From positions 15,385-79,384 of the forward strand of contig QPMI01000668.1 of NCBI GenBank assembly GCA_004431415.1: DNA of 64,000 nucleotides, written 5' to 3'. A model generated the notes under the pieces. It ran no database searches and was not told the DNA's origin. It was given only the letters and a program-made list of their open reading frames with translations. Source of the stretch: Cyanophora paradoxa CCMP329. Its lineage: Eukaryota; Plantae; Glaucophyta. Shown one piece after another: positions 35,830 through 47,991 of the stretch (its first letter is position 1; the number at the start of each line of letters is the position of its first letter). Both the position numbers and the translations under genes were made by a program.

Positions 35830-38800
35830 ATGAGCGCGCCGCGCGTCAGCGTCGTCCAGTCGCTCGCCAGGCCCTTCGCAGGACGCGGGGAGCGCTGCGA
35901 CGTCGTCTCGCGAATCCCTGAGGTGCGCGAAACTTCGCGAAATTTTGCGCCCGACCGACGCCGGCGGTCGCAGAGCGCGCGCATCGTGCTGATCGGAGAG
36001 GCCTCACACGGGACTGAAGAGTTCTATTCGATTCGCGTGCGCGCATGCAAAATGGCTTGAATTCAAAGTGCGAAAGAACTGACCCTGCATGTGCATCAGG
36101 CGGAGATGACGAAGCGGCTGATTGTCGAGCGCGACTTCAATGCAGTCGCCGTCGAAGCTGATTATCCGGTCATCCAGCGCGTCCAGCGGCGTCTTGCCTC
36201 ATGCCTTTATACTTTCGCGCCAGGACGCGGCCAGGGCGAACCGCTACGCGCAGGGGGTCGGGTCCGACAAGAACGCGGAGCAGGCGCTGCGGGACTTCAA
36301 GCGGTTCCCGACGTGGTGGGCTTTAAATCTCGAAATAGATCCGGATCTCCGTTCACTTTCGCGCATTCATTGACGAGATGGCTAGGATGTGGCGGAACCA
36401 CGTCGTGGCAGATTTTCTTGTGAGCCCTGCGGCCTTCACTTTATTTCCAGCTGTCGGCTGGGCTCAATTTTGCAACCTTGGAACTCGGCTCACGGTCGCG
36501 GGCTCTGTACTTGCACACAGGAGTGGCTACGGGAGCACAACGCGGGGCGGACGGAGGGCCGCGAACCCGTCCGCTTTGTCGGGATGGACCTGTATTCGCT
36601 GCAATCGAGGTGCGGCCGCGGTCTATGTGCCGTCTTCGGAACTCACACCGGTCCTTTTTGGACGTCGACTGAGGTTGATTTCGCAGCGCCGAGGCGGTGA
36701 TAAACTACCTGAAGAAGGGTGCCTGAGATTTGATTTGCATATTGCGAAAATCGCGATCTAGCCCGGGCTGTTCGAATTCGAATTTTCGAATTCCGCAAAA
36801 CTTCACGAGCTTCAAATTCATGCGGCCGCAGTTGATCCGGCAGCCGCGCGCGAGGCAAAAGAGCAGTGCGTGAAGGCTGCTGGAGCGTCCTGATGATGCT
36901 CGTCTGCAGCTGACCTCGAGCTCTCTGCCAGCTACGGCTGCTTCGACCGCTTCGAAGGGGACCCCCAGGTACCTTGAAGTTTCCTATTTCGAAATTCGAC
37001 TCGCGCTCGGCGAGCCTCGGAGCCTACGCCTCGAACTCGCTTCGGAATTGTTGATCATGAGCTGAACTTGAAGCTGGCGCTCGCGACAGTCCTAATCCTA
37101 ATTTTAACCGATTCCGAGTGACACCCGGGCGCATGGGATGCAGGCGTACGGGATGGCGACCGCGTACCGCATTGCCCGCTCCTGCGAGCGCGACGGTGCG
37201 CGCGCGGGCGCCGCGGCAACGAACGTTGCGAGCTCGAGCACGAGCGTCGCGTCGCGCGCTGGAGGCGCTAAATCTAAGGGCGCGTGTGCACCGCGCGCGC
37301 GCGCGGGCAGTGCTGGACGTGCTGCTGGACCTGCAGCGCCGCTCCATGGACTACGTCCGCTCCGCCCCCGGCGCGCCCGCCCCCGCCCCGACCCCCGCCC
37401 CAGGCGCCCCTGATCATGAGCATCCCTCTCCCACGCAGAGCGCGAGGGGGGCCGCCGCCTCGCCGAGGACGCCCTCTTCGTGCGCGCCTCCCGCCACGCG
37501 TGTTGCGAAATCGAATCTGCGCCTCGCTGTCGTGACTACGGCGGCCGCCTGCAGGACGCGGAGATGAACGCCGAGCTCGTCAAGGCGCGCGGGGATACGG
37601 CGCCTGCATGCAGCTCGCCATATGCATGGATGTGCCTCCTCTGAATTTCTGATTCGAGTTCGGGCCCGCGCGCCGCGCAGGATGCCGAGGAGTACTATCG
37701 CGTGCAGTTCGGGCGCGTGGCGCTTCAAATTGCTTGTTCTGCCGCGAAATTGATTTTCCGGTGGTGGTGCAGGGGCCATGTTGAGAGCTGGAACAAACGC
37801 GACTGGTGCGGCGGGGCCCGCTTTACGATTAAATTTGTATGTAATGCCGCACGTGGACTGAACTCTGCGAATTCGGGCCGCGGCGGGGCCCGGGGCGCGC
37901 AGGCACATGCGCTCGACGGTGCTGCGGCTGGACGAGTTCCTCTCGAAGCGGACGGCGGCCGCGGGGCACGCCCCCCGCATCGTCCTCTGGGCCCACAACT
38001 CCCACCTCGGCGGTCCGTTCGAAATTAGATTCTCGCACCCGTCTCTGGCCTCTCGTTCGGCTTTAATGTTTTCAATTTTGTCTTGCAGATGCCCGTTACA
38101 CCGACGCATCTCAGCGAGGTAAATTAACTTCAAAGCTCGCACATACCACGATCATGATCACTTGGTGCACGTGACTGGCCGTGAACGCGCGCGCGCGTGG
38201 CAGGGGAGTGGAACGTGGGGCAGCTGATGCGGGAGGCCTACGGCGAGGAGAACGTCTGTATCGTCGGCGCGCCCCCGGCGATCCCCGATCGCGACCCGCG
38301 ACTTAAATTTGCCTCAGCTCGAACTCGCCACGGGCTAACGTCCTGCATTTCCCCCGCAGGCTTCACGACCTACACGGGCACTGTCATGGCCGCCCGTGCG
38401 CCCTACGCCTCGGCCCCGGCTTCAAATTCATTTGATCTCCACGGGTACCGGGGCGCCTGACTTTCTCGGGGGGCAGACGAGTGGGACGACCCGGCGCAGA
38501 AGTTACAGGCCCGTCGACCGTCGGAGGCTCAACGCGGTGGAGGGATTGATTTAATTTGCTGAGCGTGGGGCGGGCCGGGGCGTGTGCAGGTGCGGCCGGC
38601 GATGAAGGAGAGCTGGGAGGCGGCCCTCCACGACGTCGCCCTCGCCCGCGTGGCCCGCCCCGCCCCGCCCCGCCCCGCCCCGGCCCCCGGGCTCACGCTC
38701 GCGCTGGACTCGCGCAGGGCGGCTCCCCCGACTTCCTCCTCGACTTCCGGTGCGCTTCGGATCTCGCGGGCCGGGGCCCTCCCGCTCGCGCTGAGAGGCC

Positions 38801-39293
38801 GACGCACTTGGAGCTCACGGCCCCGGGCCGGGGCGGGGGCGCATGTGCAGGGGCGAGCCCGAGCTGATGCACGAGTTCGAGGGCGAGGGGGCCGCCGGTC
38901 CGGGGGCGGGGCCCTCCTCCATCCCCCCGGGCCCCGGCCCGAGCTCGGGGCGGGGGCGGGCGGCCCGCGGGGAGGCCCCGCCCCGCGCCCCCGGCCCCAT
39001 CGAGAAGCTCGAGCGCTTCATCGGTCTGCCCAGCCCCACGCCCTAGGCTTGATGCATGAGCCCCGCCCCGCCCCCTTCTCAGCGGCCACGGGGGCGCCGC
39101 GCGCAGGGGTGATCTACCGGCCGAAGACGGAGCGCTGGTCGCACATGTCCGCCGCCCGCATCGCCCGCCAGGCCCGCGCGCCCTCCTCCCGCCCCCGCCG
39201 CCTCGCTCTCGAGTTAATTTGAGTTGGCGGCAGTTCGACCTCTGCGTCCACATCGACGAGACAAGCGCCCTGCGGCCCCTCGACCCCCTCTAG
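35830..39293 (+). CDS. Erythromycin esterase (Ere) family protein, about 20 introns
   Basis: IVLIGEASHGTEEFY, FNAVAVEADYP, RFPTWMWRN, FVGMDLYSL, SWNKRD, VLWAHNSHLGDAR, NVGQLMRE, ERFIGVIYRPKTERWSH, QFD...TSALRPLD. Confidence 0.92.
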
Positions 39294-39392
39294 ATCTGAG
39301 CGGGGGACCCTCGGGGACGGAGGAGTTCGAACCCTCCTCGAACGTAGAGCGGGGCACCGCGATTCTGGACACTGAATTCGGAGCGCCCACGT

Positions 39393-41403
39393 TTTTTTTT
39401 GCCAAAGCCCATATCAAGGGCAGGACGATTGTATTAGTTCAGTAACTTTATCGTACGCACTACCGGTTCGAACTAGGCCGAACTCTGGGTCAGAGCATAA
39501 CCTGAGGCCGGGACACAGGGATAGGCGCTTCGACGCTACGGCTGAGCGTTTCTCTTGTAGGGGGAGGCGTGGTAGAGGGCCGTTGTTGTGATTGTAGATG
39601 CGGGGGTCGTGGCTCCGAGGGGGCCTTTGTCGTACGTGGGGAAGCGGGAGTCGTGGCTCCGAGAGGGCCCGTCTTAGCTGGCGGGGGTAGAGGGGTGGGG
39701 GGGAGGGGTGGGGGCGGCGCGGGCGAGGGTAGCGGGCGCGCCCCCTTATTTTTATTGTGCGTGGGGCGCGGGGTATTTTATGAGCCTGGGGGGGCGGGTG
39801 GTGGCGGGCGGGGTAGCCGCCCTAGTGGGATCGTGGGGGGAGGGGCGTGAGGGAGGCATAGGCCGCGGGGCTAGGCTGTCGCTAGCGTTCGGGCCAGGGG
39901 GATTTGCTTAAGGGGTGGGGCGGGCCCGCAGAAGGGCAGGGCTGTGCGCGAGAGCGGGGTAGGGGGTGTCATTGCTTCATGGGGCTTTCTAACTCTGGAA
40001 AGGAGGACGGTGGGCGTTCATAATGCCCCTATCGTCGGCAGTCATGCTACCGCAATTCATGAAGAGAGAGAAAAGAAAGAAAGCTGAGGCCGAAACGGCT
40101 AGGAAATCGAGGCCACGGGGGCCGAAAGAGAGGGGAGAATCTACACTGCCGCGTTGTCGGCGGCGGCCGCCGATATCGATATCGCAGGAGCCCCTCAAGC
40201 TCGCCGACCGTATAGGAGGCTTGCATCGCGGGGGGGTGTCAAGGGGACCGGTCGCCTCGTGGGAGAGGGGCCGGCGGGCATGAGGGGCGGGCGGCGCGGG
40301 GCCTGGCAGCGACCGCCGGGGACGCACTGTCCGCCGCTCAGCGGCTGGGAAGACTTCGACGGAGCCCGGGGATTCCGGGTCCGATAGTGGGCGAGCGCCA
40401 TCAGGCTCGGACCCCACGAGGGCGGGACCCGGCGAGGCCGGGCCCTGAGGCAGGCGAGCGCCGTCTGGCTCAGACCCCGCGGTGGTAGCTGGGCGAGCGT
40501 TTGAGTGCTCATGCGCCCGGGTATGCGTAGGGGGTCGTCGGCTTGCATGCCGGCCGTCGGCTTGCATGCCGGCGCCAGCGGCGCCAGCAGAGGCGGCGTC
40601 GCAGCGGGCGGGGGAGCAGGGCTCGGGGCTCTGTCCATCGCCGCGTCTTGGGGCGCTTGCTCCGCGTCCCGCCAGAGGCCTGCGAGCGTCGCGCACGCGT
40701 CACGGAGAGCCAAGTGAGCGGGGGGATGCGGCTCCGTGGTTCTTGAGTGTCGTGCTGGCGCGGGCGGCCCCGCGCACGGGCCGCCGGCGCCGGCGTGCTC
40801 CGTGGCAGTACGGGGCCGGCGTCAAAGTTCATAGAGGAGGGGCGCGGGCGGAGGGCGTGAGCGACGGGCGCGGGGAGGGTCCCGCATGATCGGCGGCAGC
40901 GGAGCCGGGTGCGTTGGCAGAGCCGCGCGTCCGACTGCGCGGAGTCGAGTCGACTTGTGCGTCGTGCGCTGTGGACGTGGGCTCAGGCGAGCCGCGCATG
41001 CGCGGGTGGCATGCGTTGGCGGGAAGGCGGGCGGAGCGAGGACGGGAACTTAGACGAGCGTATGTTGGCTCTGGATGTTGTGTGGCGTCTTTCGGGCGCG
41101 CTCGGAGCGGCAGGAGAAGGCGGCGGGGACCGGCCCGTTTAAACACGTTACCGCGGGAGCTGGCGCGAGTTGCGGGGCCACCAGGGGCGCCGCTGCTCTT
41201 CTAGATGTATGTGGTGTCGCTGCGGCTGTCGTTGCCCGCCCGGCTGACCGACTTTGCGCGTTCGGGCTGTGTTGGTCGTAGGGCGTCGGCGCCGCGAGTT
41301 TTGGGACCGGCAACGTGCAGTGCTAACAGGCACCCGCGTTCGGGAAGCCCCACTGCGCCGGCTTACTCGCTCGCGGGCCTTCGCGCAATTTTCCGGGGTA
41401 CCC
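39393..41403 (-). mobile_element. Non-autonomous poly(A)-tailed retroposon (SINE/deleted-LINE-like), 2011 bp, 15-bp TSD
   Basis: TCGGAGCGCCCACGT at 39378-39392 and 41404-41418. T8 tract 39393-39400. Empty site with a single copy of the motif in repeat copies 2 (~51806) and 3 (~62115). No RT ORF seen. Confidence 0.9.
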
Positions 41404-41659
41404 TCGGAGCGCCCACGTATACATGTACACGCGGCCCGCAATTGCAACCGCAGCACTCTCCCTCCTGTAAGTAGGCAGCAAATAGCGCTATTCGCATATG
41501 AGGAGACTCGATGCAGGCAGCCAGAGGTAGATCAGATAGATCGGCATTCATCGTAGGAAGTAGAGGTAGATTAGTCTCTCGGCATTCATCGTGTAAATAA
41601 TCGCACACAGCCTCTCACGCGCGCCTGCAGGTCGGAAGGAGCGGGGGCGGGGGCGGGGC

Positions 41660-43340
41660 CTAGTAGTGGGCGTGGGCGGGGGCGAGGGCGGTCTCGAGGG
41701 CGGCGTGGAGGGCGGCCTCGCCCTCGGAGACGGCGAGGCGGCCGGCGAGGGCCGCCACGGGCACCGCGAGCGCCCCCTCGCGCTCCAGGCCCCGCAGCGC
41801 CCCCGCGCACCGGTGCCCGTCCTTCTCCGTCGTCACCAGCAGCGCCGCCCCCGCGGCGGCGGCCCGCGCGGCGAGGGCCGCCAGCTCGCGGGGCGCGAAG
41901 GGCCGGTGGTCCCGGTAGAGGGCCGACCCCACCAGCGCCGCCCCCGCACCCTGCCCCGCGCCCCTCCCATCAGCGGCTGTTTCACGAGGGGGCGAGGGGT
42001 GGGGGGGGGGGGGGGGGTACCCGAGCGGTGGCGAGGAAGGCGGCGGGGCAGCCTACCCCCGCGAAGGCGAAGGCGGGGAGGCCCCGCAGGAGGCCCGCTC
42101 CGTCCGGCCCGGGCCCGGGCCCAGGCCCCGGGGGGGCGGGCAGCGGCGGGAGCGGCGGGCCCGCGAGGTGCCTGAGGCCCTCCGGCTGATCGCGCGTACC
42201 CCTCGGTCGGGGTACCGGCACGGAGGGAGAGAGGGATACGCAGCGCACCTCGAAGCGCGTGCGGACGACGACGGCGCGCGGGTTCCACTCCGCAACCTGT
42301 TTCATTCGGGGTCTCGAGGGGGTACGGGCGGAGGGAGCTCGAGGTAAAGGGGGAGAAGGGGTACAGCAGTTCGATGCGTACCTGTGCTGCGATGCGCTCC
42401 ACTTCGGGTAGGGGTACGAGATCCGAGTGGTGCAGGGCCACGACCTGGGTACGTGAACGGTGAGCGGGGCGGCCTTGGGTGGAGACGTAGGGGGGCCGGG
42501 CGCGCGTGGGCGCGGGCGACGCCGCTCGGGGCGGGCTCGCGGAGGGTGCCGCGGGGGATGAGGCGGCCGCCGCCGAAGGGGTCGAGGCAGGAGAGCATGA
42601 GGAGGTCGAGGTCCCGCTCCAGCTGCCCCCGCGCCCCGCTCCCTCAGGCGACCCGCGGCGCCGGCGCGGTCGGGGGCGGGGGGCCGGAGCGCGGGCGCGC
42701 CCGCCAGTGCTGGAGGCCGTCGTCGAGGACGGCGGCCGCGCGGGGCCGCGGGACGCGCCCGCGCAGCTCGGCCAGAGCGGCGGCGGCGGCGGCGGCGCGG
42801 TCGGCCCCCGGCGCGACGAGCGCCGCGGTGCCGGCGAGGCGCGCGCGGTGCTGCGGCACCTCGTCCCCGCCGTAGTCCTGCGCACCGCGCCGACCGCTCG
42901 GCGCCGCCGCCGGCTGTGCGTCGGGCAGCGCGCCCGCGCACCCGGAGGAGGACGACGGGCGCGACGCCGCGGGCGAGCGCCTGCCGCGCGATGTACTCCG
43001 TCATCGGCGTCTTGCCCGTCCCTGCAGCCCCCGCCCGGAGGTCGCGGCGGCCCCGACGCGCGCGGCAGGCCCCCGCAACTTCCGACGCACCGCCCCAGGT
43101 CACGTTGCCGACAGAGATGGTGGGCACAGGCAGCCTTGCACGCCGCAGCAGGCCGCGCTCGTACGCGCCACGGTGCAGCCGCGCGCCGGCCGCGTACAGC
43201 AGCTCGAGCACCTCCATGCCGCCCCGCCGGCCCCGGCAGCTCGCGCTCTGCTCGGGATGTTCGCCGGCCGAGCTGCAGAACGAATTAGAGCAGACCTGGG
43301 AACGAAGCCGGCTGTACCCTTGCGGGAAGCCAACAGCCAA
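41660..43340 (-). CDS. lpxK: Tetraacyldisaccharide 4'-kinase (lipid A 4'-kinase), copy 1; start may be 43217
   Basis: LPVPTISVGNVTWGG|TGKTP, GDE, VLDDGLQH, L.RDLD, LIPRGTLREP, FAGVGCP..F, YRDH, LVTTEKD. Confidence 0.92.
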
Positions 43341-43695
43341 CCGACCACCTTACGCGTTGCGCAACATAGAGCGCAGCACACCTGCACGCGCATGTACGAA
43401 GATGCTTGAGTCCCAGCGCGATGCCTCCGCGTAAGCTCGGCCCGCGGAGCTGCAGCTGTCAGCCTTCAAGGGCTTGAGCTTTCCAGTTAGCTGGAGCTGT
43501 CAGCCCTGCGGTCGTGCCTGGAGAGGCAGCAAGCGCCATTACACACTTACCAAAACCGCGGCTCTCCCGCAGCTGTCAGTTGCAGCAGCCAGCTGCAGCG
43601 CATCGACGTGACGGCGCGGACGTCAGTTATGCTGCAGCCGCTGACTTGCCGGCGACGCTAAGCTGTGCGTTCACGCGCAAATTTAAAGCACAACG

Positions 43696-46660
43696 ATGCA
43701 AGAGGTCCTCGAGTTGCACGCACGATCCTCTCGCGCGGATCCGGAGGAAGAGGAAGACGAATCGGAAGGCCGGCCGCACAAGAAGCAGATCCCTGCTGCC
43801 GGAGGGGATGACCGGATATCCGAGGAAGAGGATGAATCGCGTGCGTGCCTAGGCCTGTCTGCCTTAGAGCGGCAGGGGCGCGCAGCTCTGATGGGGGCGC
43901 GCGCGCGCGAGCGGCTACAGCCATGCGGCCGACGCTGCAGCGGCGGGTCGCTATTCGGGCGTCTGTCATCAACGAGACGGTTCTCCGCATGGGGGTCCGC
44001 GCCGCGACCCCGCGCCAGCGAGCCGCGCTGACCGCTCCGCTTCCGCGCCGACGCGCGCCAGGCGCTCAACGTGGAGGATGTGCCCACGGTGGTGCAGGAG
44101 GAGGCCCCGCGGGCGCCGTTCTTCGCGCGGCCGCGGCCGCCCAGGCGGCGGGCGCCGCCGAGCGGGGCGGAGCAGCGGGACTCGGCGCTGCAGACGGCCC
44201 TCGCCGAGCTCTGCTGCTGCGCCCTCCCCCAGAGGGTGCCCCCGCGCCCCCAGCGACCCCCCGGCCCCTCCTCCCTCACCCGGGGCGCACGCTCCGCAGG
44301 CCGCCCCCCCGTTCCGGGCGTCGCCGGAGGAGGCGAAGGCGCTCCTGCTCGACCTGGAGGCCCACGCCGCCGCCCTGCGCGCGGCGGCCGCGGCCGCCGC
44401 GGCCCCGGCGGGAGGCGTCGACAGCTTGACGCTCCCCGAGGCGCAGGCCTCGCTCGCCACCGTGCGCGCGCCCCGCGAGCGCTGCCGCGCGGGGCGGCGA
44501 GGGGCCCTCGGCAGGCGCTCTGCGACGCGCGGCTGTGCGGGACGGAGCTCTTCCGCACCTTCCTCGGGCGCCGCCGCCTGCGCGGCTACCTCGGCCTCCT
44601 CCGCTCCTCCGGGCCCCCCGGCGCCCGCCTCGTGCCCCGCCCCCGCGCCCTCCCCCCGCCACCGCCGCGCGGCGGGGCCGAGCGGTGGCGCGCAGGTGAA
44701 GGCAGTGGCGCGGTGCCTGGCGGGGGCGCTGGCGAGCCCGCTGCCGGCGGCGCCGGACCTGGAGGAGGGGGCGCGGGGGCCCTCGGCGGGGGCGCGGGGG
44801 CGGCGTGGGCGGAGGAGGACGTGGAGGCCCTCGCCGAGAGCGCCACCGCCTTCCTCGAGGCGCGCCGGGCGGGCGGGGCGGGCGGGGCCGGCGGGGGGCG
44901 CTGAGGCGGGCCGGCGCAGGCGTTCACGACGAGCGCCGTGCGCATGGACCCGCACCTCTTCGACCTCGAGGAGGGCCCCGCCCTCCAGGCCCGCCCCCGC
45001 CCCGCCCCGCACCCTCCCCCGGCCCGGCCCGGCCCGAGCCCCGCGCGCGCAGCTGGCGACGCGCGTCGGCGAGTTCGCGCAGCCGTTCGAGGTGCGCGCG
45101 CGGGGCGGGGCCTCGGGGGCCGGGGCCGAGCGGGAGCGGGGCGGGGGCAGCGGACGGGGCGGGGGACGTGGGCGAAGGCGGCGTACCTGCGCGCCCTCGC
45201 CCTCCGCCTCTTCGAGCACCGCCACGAGGCCGTCCACGCCTACTACCAGGCCCGCCCCGCCCTCCCCCGCCCCGCCGCCCCTCCCGCCTCCCCCAACGCA
45301 CCTGGGGCAGGCGTGGGCGGGGCTGCGGGGGGCGCAGCTGGTGCCGTGCCCGCTGGAGGCCCGCCTCATCCCCGACCTCGCCGACCTCCTCTGTCCGCCC
45401 CGCCCCGCCCCGCCCCGCCCCGGTGCCGGCTCGGGCGCTGAGCGAGCGGGCGGGGGCTGCGGGGGCAGTCGAGACCTTCCGCCACCGGGAGGCTTTCCAC
45501 GGTGCCCCCGGCCCCCGCCATGCCCGTCCCCTCCCTCGCGCCGAGCCGGGCGCGCGCTGGCAGTGGCGCAGGCGGGGTACGAGCTGGGGGGGGACCCCGA
45601 GGCGGCCGCCCTGTCCCGCTACCGCCTCGAGATGACCCTCAGCGCGCCCCGTCCCCGCCCCGCCCCGCCCCGCCCCGCCCCCGCTCACCTCGCCCAAGGC
45701 GCCGTGCGGCGGTGGAAGGGGGACGCGGGGGCGGCCGAGCGCCACGCCGCGCGCGCAGTCGAGGTCGCCGAGGCCCTCGGCCCGGGCTACCGGCGCGCCC
45801 GCCCTCGCCCCCTCCCTCCTCCCTCCCTCTTCCGCCGTGACCGGCGGGCGGGCGGGCGGGCGGGCGCAGGCAGCTGCTCGTACAACCGCTCTTCGCGCTC
45901 ATGATCCTCGGCGTCCACCGCAGTGCGTCGCCTTTTAACCCATTTCAATCCGAGAAGCCGCCCCGCGCCGGCGCCGGCGCCTGCCGGGGGGAGCTGACGG
46001 GGCGGGGCCCCCGCCGGGGCGCGCAGTGTCCCCCGAGACGACGCGGGACCGGCTCGTGCGGTGCGCCTGCCAGCCGCGCAGCGCCCCCCGCCTCCGCCGA
46101 GCGCCTCCGCGCGGGGCAGGGTGACGGGGGCGATGGTGGCGCTCGAGGAGGGGGCGGACGGGGCGGACCCCGACCCCTGCCTCCCCGACCTCGACCAGGT
46201 CCCCGCCGGCCCCGCCTGCCGCCTCCCCTCCGTCCCGCCCCCCCCGCTCGCTCGCTCACCGCCGCCCTCGGGCTGGGGCGGGGCAGCCGTCGTGCCTGCG
46301 CTACTCGCTGGCCTTCAACCCGCCCTCGCTCCTCATCAACGGCTCCAAGGCCTACGCCGTCGCCGCCCAGGCGCGCGCAGGCCTCCCACCCCGCCCCGCC
46401 CCGCCCGGCGCCGCGCCGCCCCGAGCGGGGCGGGGCAGCACTCGGAGGGGGCGCGGGCGAGCGTCGTCTCGGCGCACGTCTTCTACAACCTGGGGGAGTA
46501 CCACCTCCTCGCCGGTCCGCCACCGCCGCGCCCCCCGCCCCCCCCACGTGCACCTGAGACGCCTCCCCCCGGCGCAGGGGACCTGGCGTCGGCGACGAAG
46601 GCCTTCGAGAAGTGCGCCGCCGTGTACGGCGGCCGCTACGCCCACTCCTTCCCCCTCGAG

Positions 46661-46699
<39 letters not shown>

Positions 46700-47277
46700 C
46701 CGCCCCGTGGGAGGGTCTGAGGCGGGGGGCAGCACCCGCGGCGGCGGCGGGTGGTGGAAGTGCTTGCGCAGCTGCGGCGCGGCGAGGAGCCGGCCTCGCG
46801 CTACGCGCCATTTGCCGCCGCCCGCGCCACCGCCTCGCCGGAGCCGTCCCCCACCGGCTCGCCCCACTCCGACCCCTCCGCCTCCCCGCCCCCCGCCCCC
46901 GCCGCCGGCCCCGCCCTCCCCGACCCCGCCCTCACCCCGCCCCCGCCGCATGCCCTGCCGCGGACTGCGGCCCGCGGCCAGCCTCGCAGCCGCCCGCGGC
47001 GGAGGGGCCGGCACCCGCGCAGCCGCCCTGCGAGCAGACGCCGCCTCAGGGGCAGGGCGGGTGTGGCGGCGAGGCGGAGTGCGGGGGCGGGGCGCCGGCC
47101 CCGTGGGCGCCCCCCGCGATGCCGCCGGCGCTGCGCGAGCAGATGCAGGGGCAGCAGGGGCGGCGCGAGGCTGCGGGGGCCGTGGTGCAGTGCGTCAATG
47201 TCCAGCCAGCGCAGCAGCTGCTCGCCGCGCTGTGGCGCCGCCCCGAGGAGCCCCCCGAACCCGACCCCCGCCCGTAG
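43696..47277 (+). CDS. TPR-like helical repeat protein, copy 1, many short introns
   Basis: GAVRRWKGDAGAAERHAARAVEVAEALG; SAHVFYNLGEYHLLAGDLASATKAFEKCAAVY. Exon-intron alternation is evident. Confidence 0.6.
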
Positions 47278-47991
47278 CAACCGATCGCGAGCCGCGAGAG
47301 CGTAGCGCCTCAGGAACTCCAGGAACAGAGCTAGCCTAGAAGCGCCAGGACCCAGAGCCAGATCTAGAGCTGAGTATTCAATAGAGTATGAGTCTCAGAG
47401 TCTTTAGCAACGTTACCAACCCGGTGATCATGACCGGCCCAGCTAGAAGTTCGACATCGAAAATTCGGCAGTGATCATGATCGTGATCATGATCATGAAT
47501 CTTGAATGTTCATGGCTCGTAACGGGGCGACGGTTGCGCGTGCCCTCGGCCTCGACCGTCGGACGTCACGGCCCCCGGAGCGCCGCCGGGGCCGCACCCC
47601 GGGCCTCGGGCCGGCAACATCCGGGCCTCGGCCCTCGAGCCCCTCACCAGTGAGTCGCCACGCCCACTGGGCCAGTGGCATCGTACGGCCGCGGGCCCCG
47701 GGCGTGGCACCGCACCTCGGACCGTCGGACCGCGGGGATCGATCACTGCGCGCAGCTTCGCTGCGGCCGCGGCGGGCCCGGGCCATTGGGTACATCAGCG
47801 GCTCATGATCATGATCAGATGCGGAAGGCGCCGCATGCAACGAGTGCCCACCCTGCCACGCACGGCAGCTGCCCCTACACGGATACTGAAAGCTGCGCAT
47901 GCTGGGCGCGGCGGGCCAACAGCTGCTCATCATCGGTGACTGTACGCAATTAGTTAGAGAGCGTGCAGCGAGAGAGCTCTGGCATGTGGAG

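Noticed and set aside
41660-43340. lpxK as evidence of bacterial contamination or recent HGT
   Set aside because: It has spliceosomal introns, and lpx genes are established nuclear genes in plants and algae.
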